Assembly: GCA_048882505.1 (NCBI GenBank)
Contig: JBHLRO010000002.1
Coordinates: 60,001-92,000 of the forward strand
Source of the DNA: Candidatus Thorarchaeota archaeon
Lineage (GTDB): Archaea > Asgardarchaeota > Heimdallarchaeia > Hodarchaeales > Hodarchaeaceae
Direction of reading: 5' to 3'
DNA: 32,000 nt
Part shown: positions 7,597-16,475 of the stretch, piece by piece
Layout of the letters: the number at the start of each line of letters is the position of its first letter
How positions within the stretch are numbered: position 1 is the first letter of the stretch
Notes under the pieces: generated by a model
Told to the model about the DNA's origin: nothing
Databases searched by the model: none
Seen by the model: the letters and a program-made list of their open reading frames with translations, nothing else
Translations under genes and position numbers: made by a program

Positions 7597-7674
7597 CTCC
7601 TCATTTCTGGGAAAACCGCAGAAACTCTCAAAAAATATGGAATCGATCCAACATCTTACCTTGATCGCAAGTAA
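7597..7674 (+). pseudogene. Displaced complete 3' end of fni (third copy; LLISGKTAETLKKYGIDPTSYLDRK*)
   Basis: Same 78-nt length as 2737-2814; 60/78 nt and 19/25 aa identical; ends at the homologous stop codon. Confidence 0.92.
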
Positions 7675-7708
7675 CACGACTAAAGGAACGCGCGAATGAG
7701 GGTACGTT

Positions 7709-9133
7709 TTATGCTACGGTTGGTTTCATGGTGTAATAGACCATCCCAAAAACAAAACAGAACATGTAAACACCTAGACCCCCCAAAAACACTATTCCAC
7801 CTCCTAAGATCCCAATAGGAACTAGAATGCATCCTGCTAGGACAAAAGAAAGCGCCATTTTTTCTGTCACTAAGGCCTTGAAGGAGATTTTGCAATTCAC
7901 AAGAAAGACCTTTGATTCTTTAACCCAAAGGAAGAGTGTAATAATGACGATGGTGAGAATTCCAACAGGGGTGAACCAGGGAAGGATATTAACAGCTAAC
8001 ACAAACCAGAAAACGAAAATTATGCCATAAACCAGCATGATGAGGGTATAATTTAAGGAAATACGGTATTTGTCCAACATGAGCAGGTCTTTGTGGAGAA
8101 GACTTACCACCTCATGGATGAATTGACTTTCGTATTGCAGAAAGTTAAACCATGAGGCTCTTCCTTGAAAAAAAGAAGTGAAAATGTAATAGCCAGTTAA
8201 AGCAAGTTCGATGTCCACCGAAAACGCATCGTGCAGGGGTTGCCTCTCATATAATCGGGCTAATGGGTCGATTTTCCCGTGAATAAGAAAGAAAAGTCCG
8301 AGAGTTACACCCCATTCGAGGATTAAGGTAATCGTGGTAGGAACCAGGTAGGTTTGAGACCAGGTCTTAGAAAGCGCCGCTAAGACTAGATAAATGATAT
8401 TGAACGGGGGGAGATACCACCAGTTCAAGATAATCTGTTCTAGGAGTGAAGAATTTATATTCTCAGATGTAGAGATGAAAACTAAGCCGCCTAAAATGAC
8501 AATTACACCAATCAAAGCCATTGCATTGTTAAGGAGAGAGAAGTTCTGTTCTCGCCATCTTGGTCTTAATTGTTCTAGCAGCTCCTCTGTAAAAGTGTAA
8601 ACAAACGTTCCCAGTAACATGAATAGCTGGATCCCCAAATATAGAGTGATAAGTACAAGTATTATGTTTGGCCAAGGGATTTGGGATCTAATCGCATACG
8701 ATATGACTGTGAAAGCCAAGAAGAATACATATAGCAGCACTTTGAGCGAATTTCGGAAGAATCCAATAAGAGCCCACGAGATGGGATCGTTCGATGTCTG
8801 GGATAGAATATTTAGATCCGTCTTATCAAAATGATAGGGGTTTGTCGCAAATAACGCCTCTTTCCCTGGAACAACAAAGGCACTACCAGCCAAGATCATC
8901 ATACCAAAAGTTAATACAAATAGACTGAGAATGACATGGGCCCGAGGGTTGGTATAGAGAAATAAAGGATAGTAGTGTCCCAATGTAGCTACAAAGAAAG
9001 AACAAATCAGAACTACTGCGTAAAATAAAAGGGACAATTTTGGGATTGAATCCCATGGTTTTTGGAGCTTCTTCCATTCGAGCCAGATAAACTGGGCAAG
9101 CAATCTGCGCTTACTAATCTTCTTCCGCTTCAT
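7709..9133 (-). CDS. ABC exporter permease (multi-pass membrane protein)
   Basis: About 474 aa with many hydrophobic segments; start overlaps the end of the ABC ATPase gene. Confidence 0.8.
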   Translation of the reverse strand: MKRKKISKRRLLAQFIWLEWKKLQKPWDSIPKLSLLFYAVVLICSFFVATLGHYYPLFLYTNPRAHVILSLFVLTFGMMILAGSAFVVPGKEALFATNPYHFDKTDLNILSQTSNDPISWALIGFFRNSLKVLLYVFFLAFTVISYAIRSQIPWPNIILVLITLYLGIQLFMLLGTFVYTFTEELLEQLRPRWREQNFSLLNNAMALIGVIVILGGLVFISTSENINSSLLEQIILNWWYLPPFNIIYLVLAALSKTWSQTYLVPTTITLILEWGVTLGLFFLIHGKIDPLARLYERQPLHDAFSVDIELALTGYYIFTSFFQGRASWFNFLQYESQFIHEVVSLLHKDLLMLDKYRISLNYTLIMLVYGIIFVFWFVLAVNILPWFTPVGILTIVIITLFLWVKESKVFLVNCKISFKALVTEKMALSFVLAGCILVPIGILGGGIVFLGGLGVYMFCFVFGMVYYTMKPTVA

Positions 9134-9917
9134 TATGCCAAGCCTCCAAAACAAACGATTCAAATGGTTTCGCTTTAGTTCGATCCTGTTTTATCTCTTC
9201 AATAGTCCCCTGCCAAACTATTTCCCCTGAATGAAGGAGAGCTACCTGAGTACATAATTCCTCTATATCGGTGAGAATATGTGAAGCAATGATGATCGAC
9301 CCTGGGATGGTTATATCTAGTTCTGGAATTCCTCGAAAGATGAATTCTTTGAGAAGTTTTTTGGTTTTTTTTCGGATTTTCACATCTAAATTGGAGAATG
9401 GCTCATCTAGAACTAGGATTTCAGGTTGGTGAATCAAAGCAGTACATAACATCAATTTTTGGAAATTTCCTGTAGAAAGATGTTTGACCAGAGTTTCGGT
9501 CCAGTTTTCTAGCTCAAAGAATTGCGAAAGATACTGGGAATACTGCTCGTAACCTTGTTCCTTCACTGCAAATAGCTTGCAGAGGAACTGAAGATATTCC
9601 TCCACAGTCAAAAATGGATAAATTTCCAGGGATTCTGGTACGTACCCAATTCTCGGTCGAATCTCTCGAAGGCCTGCTGATATTTTCCCATTTGTGACCA
9701 CCCTACGACCAAGGAGGTCGATATTTCCCTGTTGAATATTCACGAATCCCATTAAGCATCGAAATAATGTGGTTTTCCCAGCTCCATTTGGCCCGACGAC
9801 CCCTAGACACTCCTGGCTTTCTAGATTTAAATTCAGATTTTTAAGGACGCCCACGTTTCCATAGCTTTTAGTCAAATCATCAACACTTATTTGGTATTTG
9901 ATTTGTGTTGATACCAT
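9114..9917 (-). CDS. ABC transporter ATP-binding protein (CcmA/ABC-2 type)
   Basis: Walker A GPNGAGKTT, signature LSTGNFQK, Walker B ILVLDEP, H-loop ASHIL. Start uncertain (ATG 9917 or 9947). Confidence 0.93.
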   Translation of the reverse strand: MVSTQIKYQISVDDLTKSYGNVGVLKNLNLNLESQECLGVVGPNGAGKTTLFRCLMGFVNIQQGNIDLLGRRVVTNGKISAGLREIRPRIGYVPESLEIYPFLTVEEYLQFLCKLFAVKEQGYEQYSQYLSQFFELENWTETLVKHLSTGNFQKLMLCTALIHQPEILVLDEPFSNLDVKIRKKTKKLLKEFIFRGIPELDITIPGSIIIASHILTDIEELCTQVALLHSGEIVWQGTIEEIKQDRTKAKPFESFVLEAWHNEAEED

Positions 9918-10886
9918 AGAATTGAGCGGTGAATTACGCGATGACATTGAGGTACTCTCAAAGATGAGGTGGTAAGCGATGCGACATCCTTCTTGATCAG
10001 ATGTAGTGAAACTTAGTATTAGTGCCCTATTTAATATTTGGTATTGTGGAATCACTATATTTTAATCAATTCTGGGCGACTACCAGGTCAGAAGGTTCCG
10101 AGGTTGAAAAGCGTTACTGATTTTAGAGAATCCTTTTTCTATCTATGTGGATTTCGTTCTTTTTTATCATTTTTAGTACCAATTTCCATCTAGTTGGATT
10201 TATGGATAGGATTTCAAATACTGTAAATGTAACAGCCATATTCCTCCCTGGAGGATTAATCCTAGCCATTTACGGATGATGCACCCCGACACGGGGCTCT
10301 TTCTGCTTGACATCAGGATTATCCAAGTAGCAACAGGCATCACGAGCAGGACGCACTCCAAACGGCTGCTCCATACCTATCGAATCGAACGGGAGTATCC
10401 TGCAGTTTTTCTGCAGTTCGATACACCTCCGTCAACACCACGATTCCACCGATAATCCCCTAATCCAAGCTTTTCAGTGGTATGATCGCACCGCCGCTAG
10501 TATGACACGGAACATTCGATCCCCCAGAAACAATCGGTACACGTGGGAAGCGAAAGGAACACTAGATTTTAAAGCCCTAACTCATGAACTAGAACAAGTA
10601 GAAGACAACATCTGGAGATTATATCAGCACAATTATCAGTCAAAAGAGTTACACCAATTAAATGAAAGCCTAAATCATGGTCATTCCTCGCTCCGGTACC
10701 ATCTCCTCCTCATAGTCAATCTCATAGTGCAAGACTATCTTAGGGGACACCTCTAAATGGCATTGTACGTTTCAAGACAGGATTCCGTTGTTTTACTGAT
10801 GATACGAGAAGGCGTGGAAGTAAAATGCTCAAGGTTTCTGCTTAAGCCCCCTATCCAAAAGAGTTTTGGGGCATCCTTAAGACACA

Positions 10887-10900
10887 CGAAAATATATTAT
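10887..10900 (+). promoter_or_regulatory. Putative BRE/TATA box for the rpl7ae operon
   Basis: CGAAAATATATTAT about 90 nt upstream of the L7Ae ATG; position only. Confidence 0.4.
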
Positions 10901-10948
10901 TAGGCGACAAAGGCGGGTGACTCGCCCGACATTCACCGACCAAGGATT

Positions 10949-10978
10949 GGGTATGATTATTCGTTGGTAATAAGACCC
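10949..10978 (+). promoter_or_regulatory. Kink-turn in the rpl7ae 5' leader (putative autoregulatory L7Ae site)
   Basis: GGG-UAU-GA-UUAUU-cguuggu-AAUAA-GA-CCC: 3-bp C stem, 3-nt bulge, tandem G.A/A.G, 5-bp NC stem. Abuts the GGAGG Shine-Dalgarno at 10980-10984. Confidence 0.8.
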
Positions 10979-10991
10979 TGGAGGTCGTTAT

Positions 10992-11369
10992 ATGAGTAAA
11001 CCGTTTTATGTAAATTATGAACAGCCAGATGGTCTCGAAAGCGATGCTTTAGAGATTCTTGAAACCGTGAGTAGTGACGCCGTAAACATTCGGAAAGGTA
11101 CAAACGAAACTACTAAGAGTATAGAACGTGGCCTGGCCAAACTAGTCTTTATTGCCCTAGATGTTGAACCCCCAGAGATCGTGGCACATTTACCTTTGCT
11201 CTGTAAGGATAAGAAAATCGCCTATCTCTATGTAATTTCTAAAGAAGTCCTGGGAAATGCCTGCAATCTAGGGATCAAGACAGCTAGCTGTGCGATAGTT
11301 GGCGAAGGAGAACTAAAAGCAAGGATTGATACTCTTGCGGCTCGTATCCATGAGCTTGCTGGAATTTAA
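10992..11369 (+). CDS. rpl7ae: Ribosomal protein L7Ae (k-turn binding protein)
   Basis: IRKGTNETTKSIERG.AKLVFIA.DV.PPEIVAHLPLLC signature. Confidence 0.98.
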   Translation: MSKPFYVNYEQPDGLESDALEILETVSSDAVNIRKGTNETTKSIERGLAKLVFIALDVEPPEIVAHLPLLCKDKKIAYLYVISKEVLGNACNLGIKTASCAIVGEGELKARIDTLAARIHELAGI

Positions 11370-11411
11370 TCACTAAGATTATTAAATATAAAATAAATCG
11401 GAGGAACCTGA

Positions 11412-11627
11412 ATGAGCGATGAGAATATTTCTATTCCTGCTGAGGTGCTACAGATCATTGGCAGGACTGGAGTTACTGGCGAGATTACCCAGGTTCGTGT
11501 CCGAGTTCTAGAAGGACGTGATCGTGGTCGCATTATAGTACGGAATGTTAAGGGGCCCGTACGAAAAGATGATATCCTTATGCTTAGAGAAACTGAGCGT
11601 GAAGCCCGTAATCTAAAACGGCCCTAG
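11412..11627 (+). CDS. rps28e: Ribosomal protein S28e
   Basis: [38 protein letters not shown]. Confidence 0.98.
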   Translation: MSDENISIPAEVLQIIGRTGVTGEITQVRVRVLEGRDRGRIIVRNVKGPVRKDDILMLRETEREARNLKRP

Positions 11628-11688
11628 CCGCCCAAGGTTAGGTTCAAACACATGTTACATCAAGAAGAATTGTAGAATGTGAACAATC

Positions 11689-11886
11689 ATGGTTCGTCTC
11701 TTTGAATGCAGCTATTGTGGACATCAAATTGATCCGGGAACTGGGATCTCCTTTGTTCGTAGGAATGGCCAGGTAGCTAGATTCTGCAGCCGTAAATGTC
11801 GTCGTTCATTGTTGGATTTTGCACGTGATCCTAGAAAGTTCAAGTGGACAAAGAAATATGTCCCCAAAATAAAGGTCGATAGCTAA
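11689..11886 (+). CDS. rpl24e: Ribosomal protein L24e
   Basis: CSYCG.QIDPGTG...FCSRKC...PRKFKWT. Confidence 0.98.
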   Translation: MVRLFECSYCGHQIDPGTGISFVRRNGQVARFCSRKCRRSLLDFARDPRKFKWTKKYVPKIKVDS

Positions 11887-11889
11887 AAA

Positions 11890-11932
11890 AAGCCTACATA
11901 GATCTCAAAATGGGAGGAAATTATGTAGGCTT
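11890..11932. terminator. Hairpin between convergent rpl24e and slyD (possible terminator or processing signal)
   Basis: Perfect 11-bp inverted repeat AAGCCTACATA/TATGTAGGCTT with a 21-nt loop. Confidence 0.45.
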
Positions 11933-11985
11933 GCTTCTTTAAACCAGGTTTTACCGTATGCTGGTCGATCTGAGGAGACCGCAAC

Positions 11986-12765
11986 CTAGGATTCCTCTAA
12001 TTCTTCGGTGGCCTCTCCACCAATATCCTCATTTGATTCTGATGTCTCGGGTGTTTCCTCAGATTCTACTTTTTCTTGATAGTCAAAAAGCTCACTAAAC
12101 CTAACCTGTTTAAAATCGAGGTAATCACGAAGTTCTGTAGCAAGGGAATACTTGGCAATTCCTAAACCTTCCATAAAGATGACATAACTTGGAAGAGTAA
12201 TGGTAATGTTCCGGGGATCCTCGGCAGTCTCAATTGTAATATCATCAATGTTAATTCCAGCAAGCCGCCTTCCAATGATTTCTTTTTGGATGGCCGTTTC
12301 GTCTTCTAATTGCTCTATTACTGTGACTTCAAAGATCAGATTTTTACCGGCCAGTGGATGGTTAAAATCGATACGAGACCGCCCTCCTCCGACCCAAATT
12401 ATGGTTCCACTACGCCCTGCCAGCTGAACGTGTCTGCCAACCTGGGGAGTAATATTGGCTTTACGAAGACGTCTTGTAGGAACCATCTCAATCTTACTTG
12501 TATCGCGCTCCCCATATCCCTCCGCCATTGGTACCTCGATAGATTGGGGAGAATTCAGATCCAAACCGACAAGAGCTTTAGCAAGCCCAGGGATAAGAAA
12601 TTTCTCATCTCCAGCTCTGCAAATCATTGGATTATATGTCCGTTTGTCATCGAAAATGCCTTCTGCTCGGGCAACTTCCTCCAATGTTGTATCAAATACT
12701 TTTGAATCTTCCTTTAGACGACCAGTATAGTTAATCTTTATCCAATCGTTTTCTGAAATTGTCAT
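11986..12765 (-). CDS. slyD: Long-type archaeal FKBP peptidyl-prolyl isomerase/chaperone
   Basis: INYTGRL...VFDTT, LIPGL, YGERD, DFNHPLAGKNL.F, extra C-terminal domain and acidic tail. Confidence 0.95.
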   Translation of the reverse strand: MTISENDWIKINYTGRLKEDSKVFDTTLEEVARAEGIFDDKRTYNPMICRAGDEKFLIPGLAKALVGLDLNSPQSIEVPMAEGYGERDTSKIEMVPTRRLRKANITPQVGRHVQLAGRSGTIIWVGGGRSRIDFNHPLAGKNLIFEVTVIEQLEDETAIQKEIIGRRLAGINIDDITIETAEDPRNITITLPSYVIFMEGLGIAKYSLATELRDYLDFKQVRFSELFDYQEKVESEETPETSESNEDIGGEATEELEES

Positions 12766-12806
12766 TATTTTGTCCCTGCTCTAATTAGATAATCTCTTCT
12801 TGTGAC

Positions 12807-13268
12807 TTAATCTGAGATACGATCCGCTGTTACCAGTTTCAATTGATACCCCTGCGCACATTCAACGGGATCCTTAGAGATCGAAACAATCTGAAGCTTC
12901 TCGCCCTCGGAGAGATAGGATGGTTTACAATGGTGTTGGTAGTGGGGACATTCGATGAGATCACATACCCGTGGTGTGAAAGCAAAAGTGGCCCCTTCAA
13001 CTGCTAACTTTACCCCTGTAGTTACATGATAGGAGGGTTCAAAGATTTCTACCGTTTGAACCCCTTCCTCAAAAACCGCGCATGAATGGACAGTCTCTTT
13101 GACACTAGCCACTTCAAAGATCCTTCCCTCTTCAAGTTTCAAACATGCTCCACGAAGTCTACATTCACTGCAACTATCGGTTTCTCCGAGGAAAAGGAAT
13201 TGGTTCCCTGGCTTAGATTGTCTAACGCCTAGTAAGGTAATCTTCGTCGGTTTGTCTACACTTGTCAT
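12807..13268 (-). CDS. UPF0179 family protein
   Basis: KITLLG...G..F.F.G....C..C.LR..C..LEEGR.FEV..V....H.C pattern, followed by a second Cys cluster. Confidence 0.85.
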   Translation of the reverse strand: MTSVDKPTKITLLGVRQSKPGNQFLFLGETDSCSECRLRGACLKLEEGRIFEVASVKETVHSCAVFEEGVQTVEIFEPSYHVTTGVKLAVEGATFAFTPRVCDLIECPHYQHHCKPSYLSEGEKLQIVSISKDPVECAQGYQLKLVTADRISD

Positions 13269-13404
13269 ATGGTGGAGCCCCAGGTTATTACAGTCTGCCC
13301 GCTTATATTGAAAGCCAAGGCTAGTGAGGCGACTTCTTTGGGGTTACTTAACATTTTGTCCCAAAATTCCCTTACGATTTAGGTAAAAAGCGGCCCCAAA
13401 GCTC

Positions 13405-13965
13405 CTAGTCACCAAAATAGCTTTGTGCCACGGTGCGGAAATCTTCGGCATTATGACATTGGACGTAATCTTTCAATAATTCAGCATTCATAATCCAGAA
13501 TTGGTTTCCCCATTTAAACACAGATAACAGGTCAGTTGCCATACCTATTGAACCAAACAAGTATAAAGCCGCGGCAAGTGCCTCAGCACTAGATAGCTTC
13601 TCGGGTCTACCGTAATTGACAGGATTGGCCGCTATTAATAACGGAAGTTTTCGTGAATTCGTATAGTGTTTTTCAAAGATTTCCTCTGCTTGTTTCCAGG
13701 AGCAATCTAGCACAGTTAACCCTGACCGTTCAAAAATGTCTACATCTTGAGATGTCAGAAAATTGGGCGCCATCGGGTTGAGGATTATGGAAAAACGTGG
13801 AATATGAGGAAAACGCCGTACTAAATTCAATGTTTTGATGTTCTGGAATCGTCCTTGCCTATAGAAATGCCAAAGCTTGGTTCCTGTACATTTTTTTGGA
13901 TCGCATTGGTTGGCATGAAAAATAGTGATTGAACATGAGCCCTTATTGTTCATAATAATATTCAC
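13405..13965 (-). CDS. tsr3: SSU rRNA aminocarboxypropyltransferase Tsr3
   Basis: QCDPKKCTG.KL, LDCSWK, LPLLIAANPVNYGRP.KLSSAEALAAAL, FKWG..F..MN. Overlaps the ABCE1 3' end. Confidence 0.96.
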   Translation of the reverse strand: MNIIMNNKGSCSITIFHANQCDPKKCTGTKLWHFYRQGRFQNIKTLNLVRRFPHIPRFSIILNPMAPNFLTSQDVDIFERSGLTVLDCSWKQAEEIFEKHYTNSRKLPLLIAANPVNYGRPEKLSSAEALAAALYLFGSIGMATDLLSVFKWGNQFWIMNAELLKDYVQCHNAEDFRTVAQSYFGD

Positions 13966-15802
13966 CCTGGGTCTTTTGTTGTCGGTCTAGTTTGGAATCA
14001 AGCTTATTGACCCGGGGACGTCCTGTTTTTAAGTCACGACGAAATGTTATTTTGATATTTCCCAAAAATCGATTCATGCCTGACCTTACGGCTGAGGGGG
14101 GGTACGCTCGCCCATACTCGCCAGGAGTCCCCAAAAACACGATAATGCGATCACTGGCATAGTCCTGAAAGATTATATCATGTTCCACGATGAACGCAGC
14201 CGCATTTCGGTTTTGAATTACCCTGCGTATCAATTTGGCGGTTGTTAGCCTGTCTTCTATTGACAGAAATGCTGAAGGTTCATCAAAGAGGTATAGATCC
14301 GCATCGGTTCCTAATGTCGCTACAATCGCCACTTTCTGCATTTCCCCACCACTCAGCTGTACAATGGGTTGCTCAAGTATATTTGGTAAATTAAATGGCT
14401 GAAGAATCTCACTTCGAAATTGGGAGGTTGTAACTATGCCGCCACTATATTGAGCTAGAAACTCTTCAACAGTTAGTTCTGTATCAAGAGTACTGGCCAC
14501 GTATTGAGGTTTATAAGCAACACGAAGTTTTGTGTTCTGATTTTCTTCTTCTTCCTCCTTTACTTCCTGGCCTTTTCTGGTTAAGGTGACTCGATCAACG
14601 GTTCCCGAGCTTGGGGATTCTAATCCAGCCAGTATTTTAATGAAGGTCGTTTTTCCGATTCCATTTGGCCCCAGTATACCAATAATTTCGTTTTGATGGA
14701 TCGTCCCACCTCGTACATCAAGTGAAAACCCACTTTGGTCATATTTCTTTGATAAATCCTGATATGTTAACAAGGCTTTGGAGACAATTTGTTTCTCTCT
14801 TACCGATGATTTTTTGATCTTTATCGAATATTCCCGAAATCTCATATTCTCTGAGGGTATGAATCCATCCAAAAAGACATTAATTCCCTCCTTTTCCGTG
14901 TAAGGTTGCGATACAATTCCATATGACGCAGGAGTTCCATAGAAAGTGGTAACATAGTCAGACAAGTAGTCCAAGACGGCTAAATCGTGCTCTACCACGA
15001 CCACTGTCTTATTCACGTCTAATAATCCTCGGATTACCCTTGCCACTCTAAGACGTTCATGAATATCTAAGAATGAAGTTGGTTCATCGAACAGGTACAT
15101 ATCTCCCTCTCTAGCCATGGTCACAGCAATTGCGAGTTTCTGCAATTCTCCGCCAGAAAGCACACTCACATCACGCTCCCAGATTTTTTGAAGTCCTAGG
15201 GACTCTTTAAGATCGGCCAATACATCACGCTCATTGAAACGTGTCAAAATTTCACGAACCGTACCTTTCACATGTTTGGGTATCGTTTCAATGTATTGGG
15301 GTTTACGGATGCATCCGGTCTTGCCTTCAACCATGTTTTGAAAATGATTCTGCAACTCTGTCCCCTTATAATAATCTCGTACTTTATCCCAAGTAGGTTC
15401 CTCCTCGACCATCCCAAAATTCGGAATAATGTCTCCTGATATAATTTTTATAGCCGTACTTTTACCCGTTCCGTTTTGGCCCACCAAACCGTTGACCTTT
15501 CCAGGTTTGATCATAGGAAGTCGGAAAAGTGAGAAACCGCTTCTCCCAAAACGATGGGTCATCTCCTTATCTAGACGTTCAGGCGTATTCACGACCGAAA
15601 GTGCAAGAAAACGACAGCCCTTTCTCGTTGTACAAAGCCCACATCCCGTGCAAAACTGCTCATGAATGATTGGTTGGGTTACGCCACGAATCTCAAATTC
15701 AATCATTTGCGTCCCAGATCGAACAACTGGACATATCGTCATACATTCCTGGACACATCGCTTTGGTTTACATTTATCTGAGTCTAAGACAACGATTCTC
15801 AT
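13943..15802 (-). CDS. rli1: Ribosome recycling ATPase ABCE1/Rli1
   Basis: N-terminal 2x[4Fe-4S] Cys pattern, two NBDs (GQNGTGKST, GPNGIGKTT, LSGGE, FDEP), and terminal TFRRD...GRPRVNK. ATG 15802 preferred; an in-frame ATG also exists at 15898. Confidence 0.98.
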   Translation of the reverse strand: MRIVVLDSDKCKPKRCVQECMTICPVVRSGTQMIEFEIRGVTQPIIHEQFCTGCGLCTTRKGCRFLALSVVNTPERLDKEMTHRFGRSGFSLFRLPMIKPGKVNGLVGQNGTGKSTAIKIISGDIIPNFGMVEEEPTWDKVRDYYKGTELQNHFQNMVEGKTGCIRKPQYIETIPKHVKGTVREILTRFNERDVLADLKESLGLQKIWERDVSVLSGGELQKLAIAVTMAREGDMYLFDEPTSFLDIHERLRVARVIRGLLDVNKTVVVVEHDLAVLDYLSDYVTTFYGTPASYGIVSQPYTEKEGINVFLDGFIPSENMRFREYSIKIKKSSVREKQIVSKALLTYQDLSKKYDQSGFSLDVRGGTIHQNEIIGILGPNGIGKTTFIKILAGLESPSSGTVDRVTLTRKGQEVKEEEEENQNTKLRVAYKPQYVASTLDTELTVEEFLAQYSGGIVTTSQFRSEILQPFNLPNILEQPIVQLSGGEMQKVAIVATLGTDADLYLFDEPSAFLSIEDRLTTAKLIRRVIQNRNAAAFIVEHDIIFQDYASDRIIVFLGTPGEYGRAYPPSAVRSGMNRFLGNIKITFRRDLKTGRPRVNKLDSKLDRQQKTQGEYYYEQ

Positions 15803-15998
15803 TTTAATACAACATTTTGTAAGTTTGTGTGGAACTCCACTGTGATCATATTCAGTGTAAAATCTTGTTTTTGCGCCGTACAGTACGGCGACTCTCATGT
15901 CGTTTAATTCAGGGTGGGTTTAGAAAGATTTGTATGCAAAGACGATAATATTGCGTATAACTCGAAAAGTTCAAAAGGGAAAATAGTCAATGTTTCTC

Positions 15999-16374
15999 AG
16001 AGCACCGGAGCAGAAGTCTGACTTCCGGGTCGTTTGGACGACCTGAGGAAATTCCGGCCATTCATCTCTGCTGAACAGTTGGTAAGAACCTCCATGAGGC
16101 CTTATTGCTGTCAACCGAGAGGTTGGGCGCTGCTACAGAAACGACACGTCCCTGTTCATACGGCAATGATGGAGTGAAACCCATGGTGACATGAGGTGAG
16201 TTAATCTCCTGAGGACGAATAGGGGACCGATGAAACGAGCATCCTCAGTGAATGCAAGCAAAATTGGGGCCTTTGAGACCCTGATAAAAAGCGCGTAGGG
16301 TGATGTCAGAAACTCCCGTGGGGTAACCCAAAAGGAGTGAACAGAAGCCGGATTACTCTTTGGAACGGTGCTCT
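15999..16374 (+). ncRNA. rnpB: RNase P RNA (archaeal, type A-like)
   Basis: P1 AGAGCACCG/CGGTGCTCT; P2 CTGAC/GTCAG; P3 GGTCGT-ttgg-ACGACC; CR-I GAGGAAATTCCGGC pairing with CR-V AACAGAAGCCGGATTA (P4); P5 ATTCA/TGAAT; P6 TCTC/GAGA; P9 CAACC-GAGA-GGTTG; GCTACAGAAA and GATGAAACG conserved regions. Confidence 0.95.
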
Positions 16375-16475
16375 TCTCTTTCTTTCATAAGTCCTTGCTA
16401 TTTTAAGGCTAATCTCAATGATTATATGTATATCCAAAGAGATTCCAATCAAATTTTCCTTCAGTTCTGAGATTC

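Noticed and set aside
2737-7674. Integron cassette array, CRISPR array or diversity-generating retroelement as the source of the repeated fni ends
   Set aside because: No attC-like palindromes, no regular repeat-spacer period and no reverse transcriptase; the differences are synonymous rather than adenine-specific.
10230-10500. SRP RNA or other ncRNA in this GC-richer stretch
   Set aside because: AGCAG occurs, but no helix-8 GNRA loop with the matching CAGG strand and no Alu-domain pattern could be built on either strand.
10502-10756. 84-aa plus-strand ORF
   Set aside because: No recognisable motif or ribosome-binding site; left unannotated pending a homology search.
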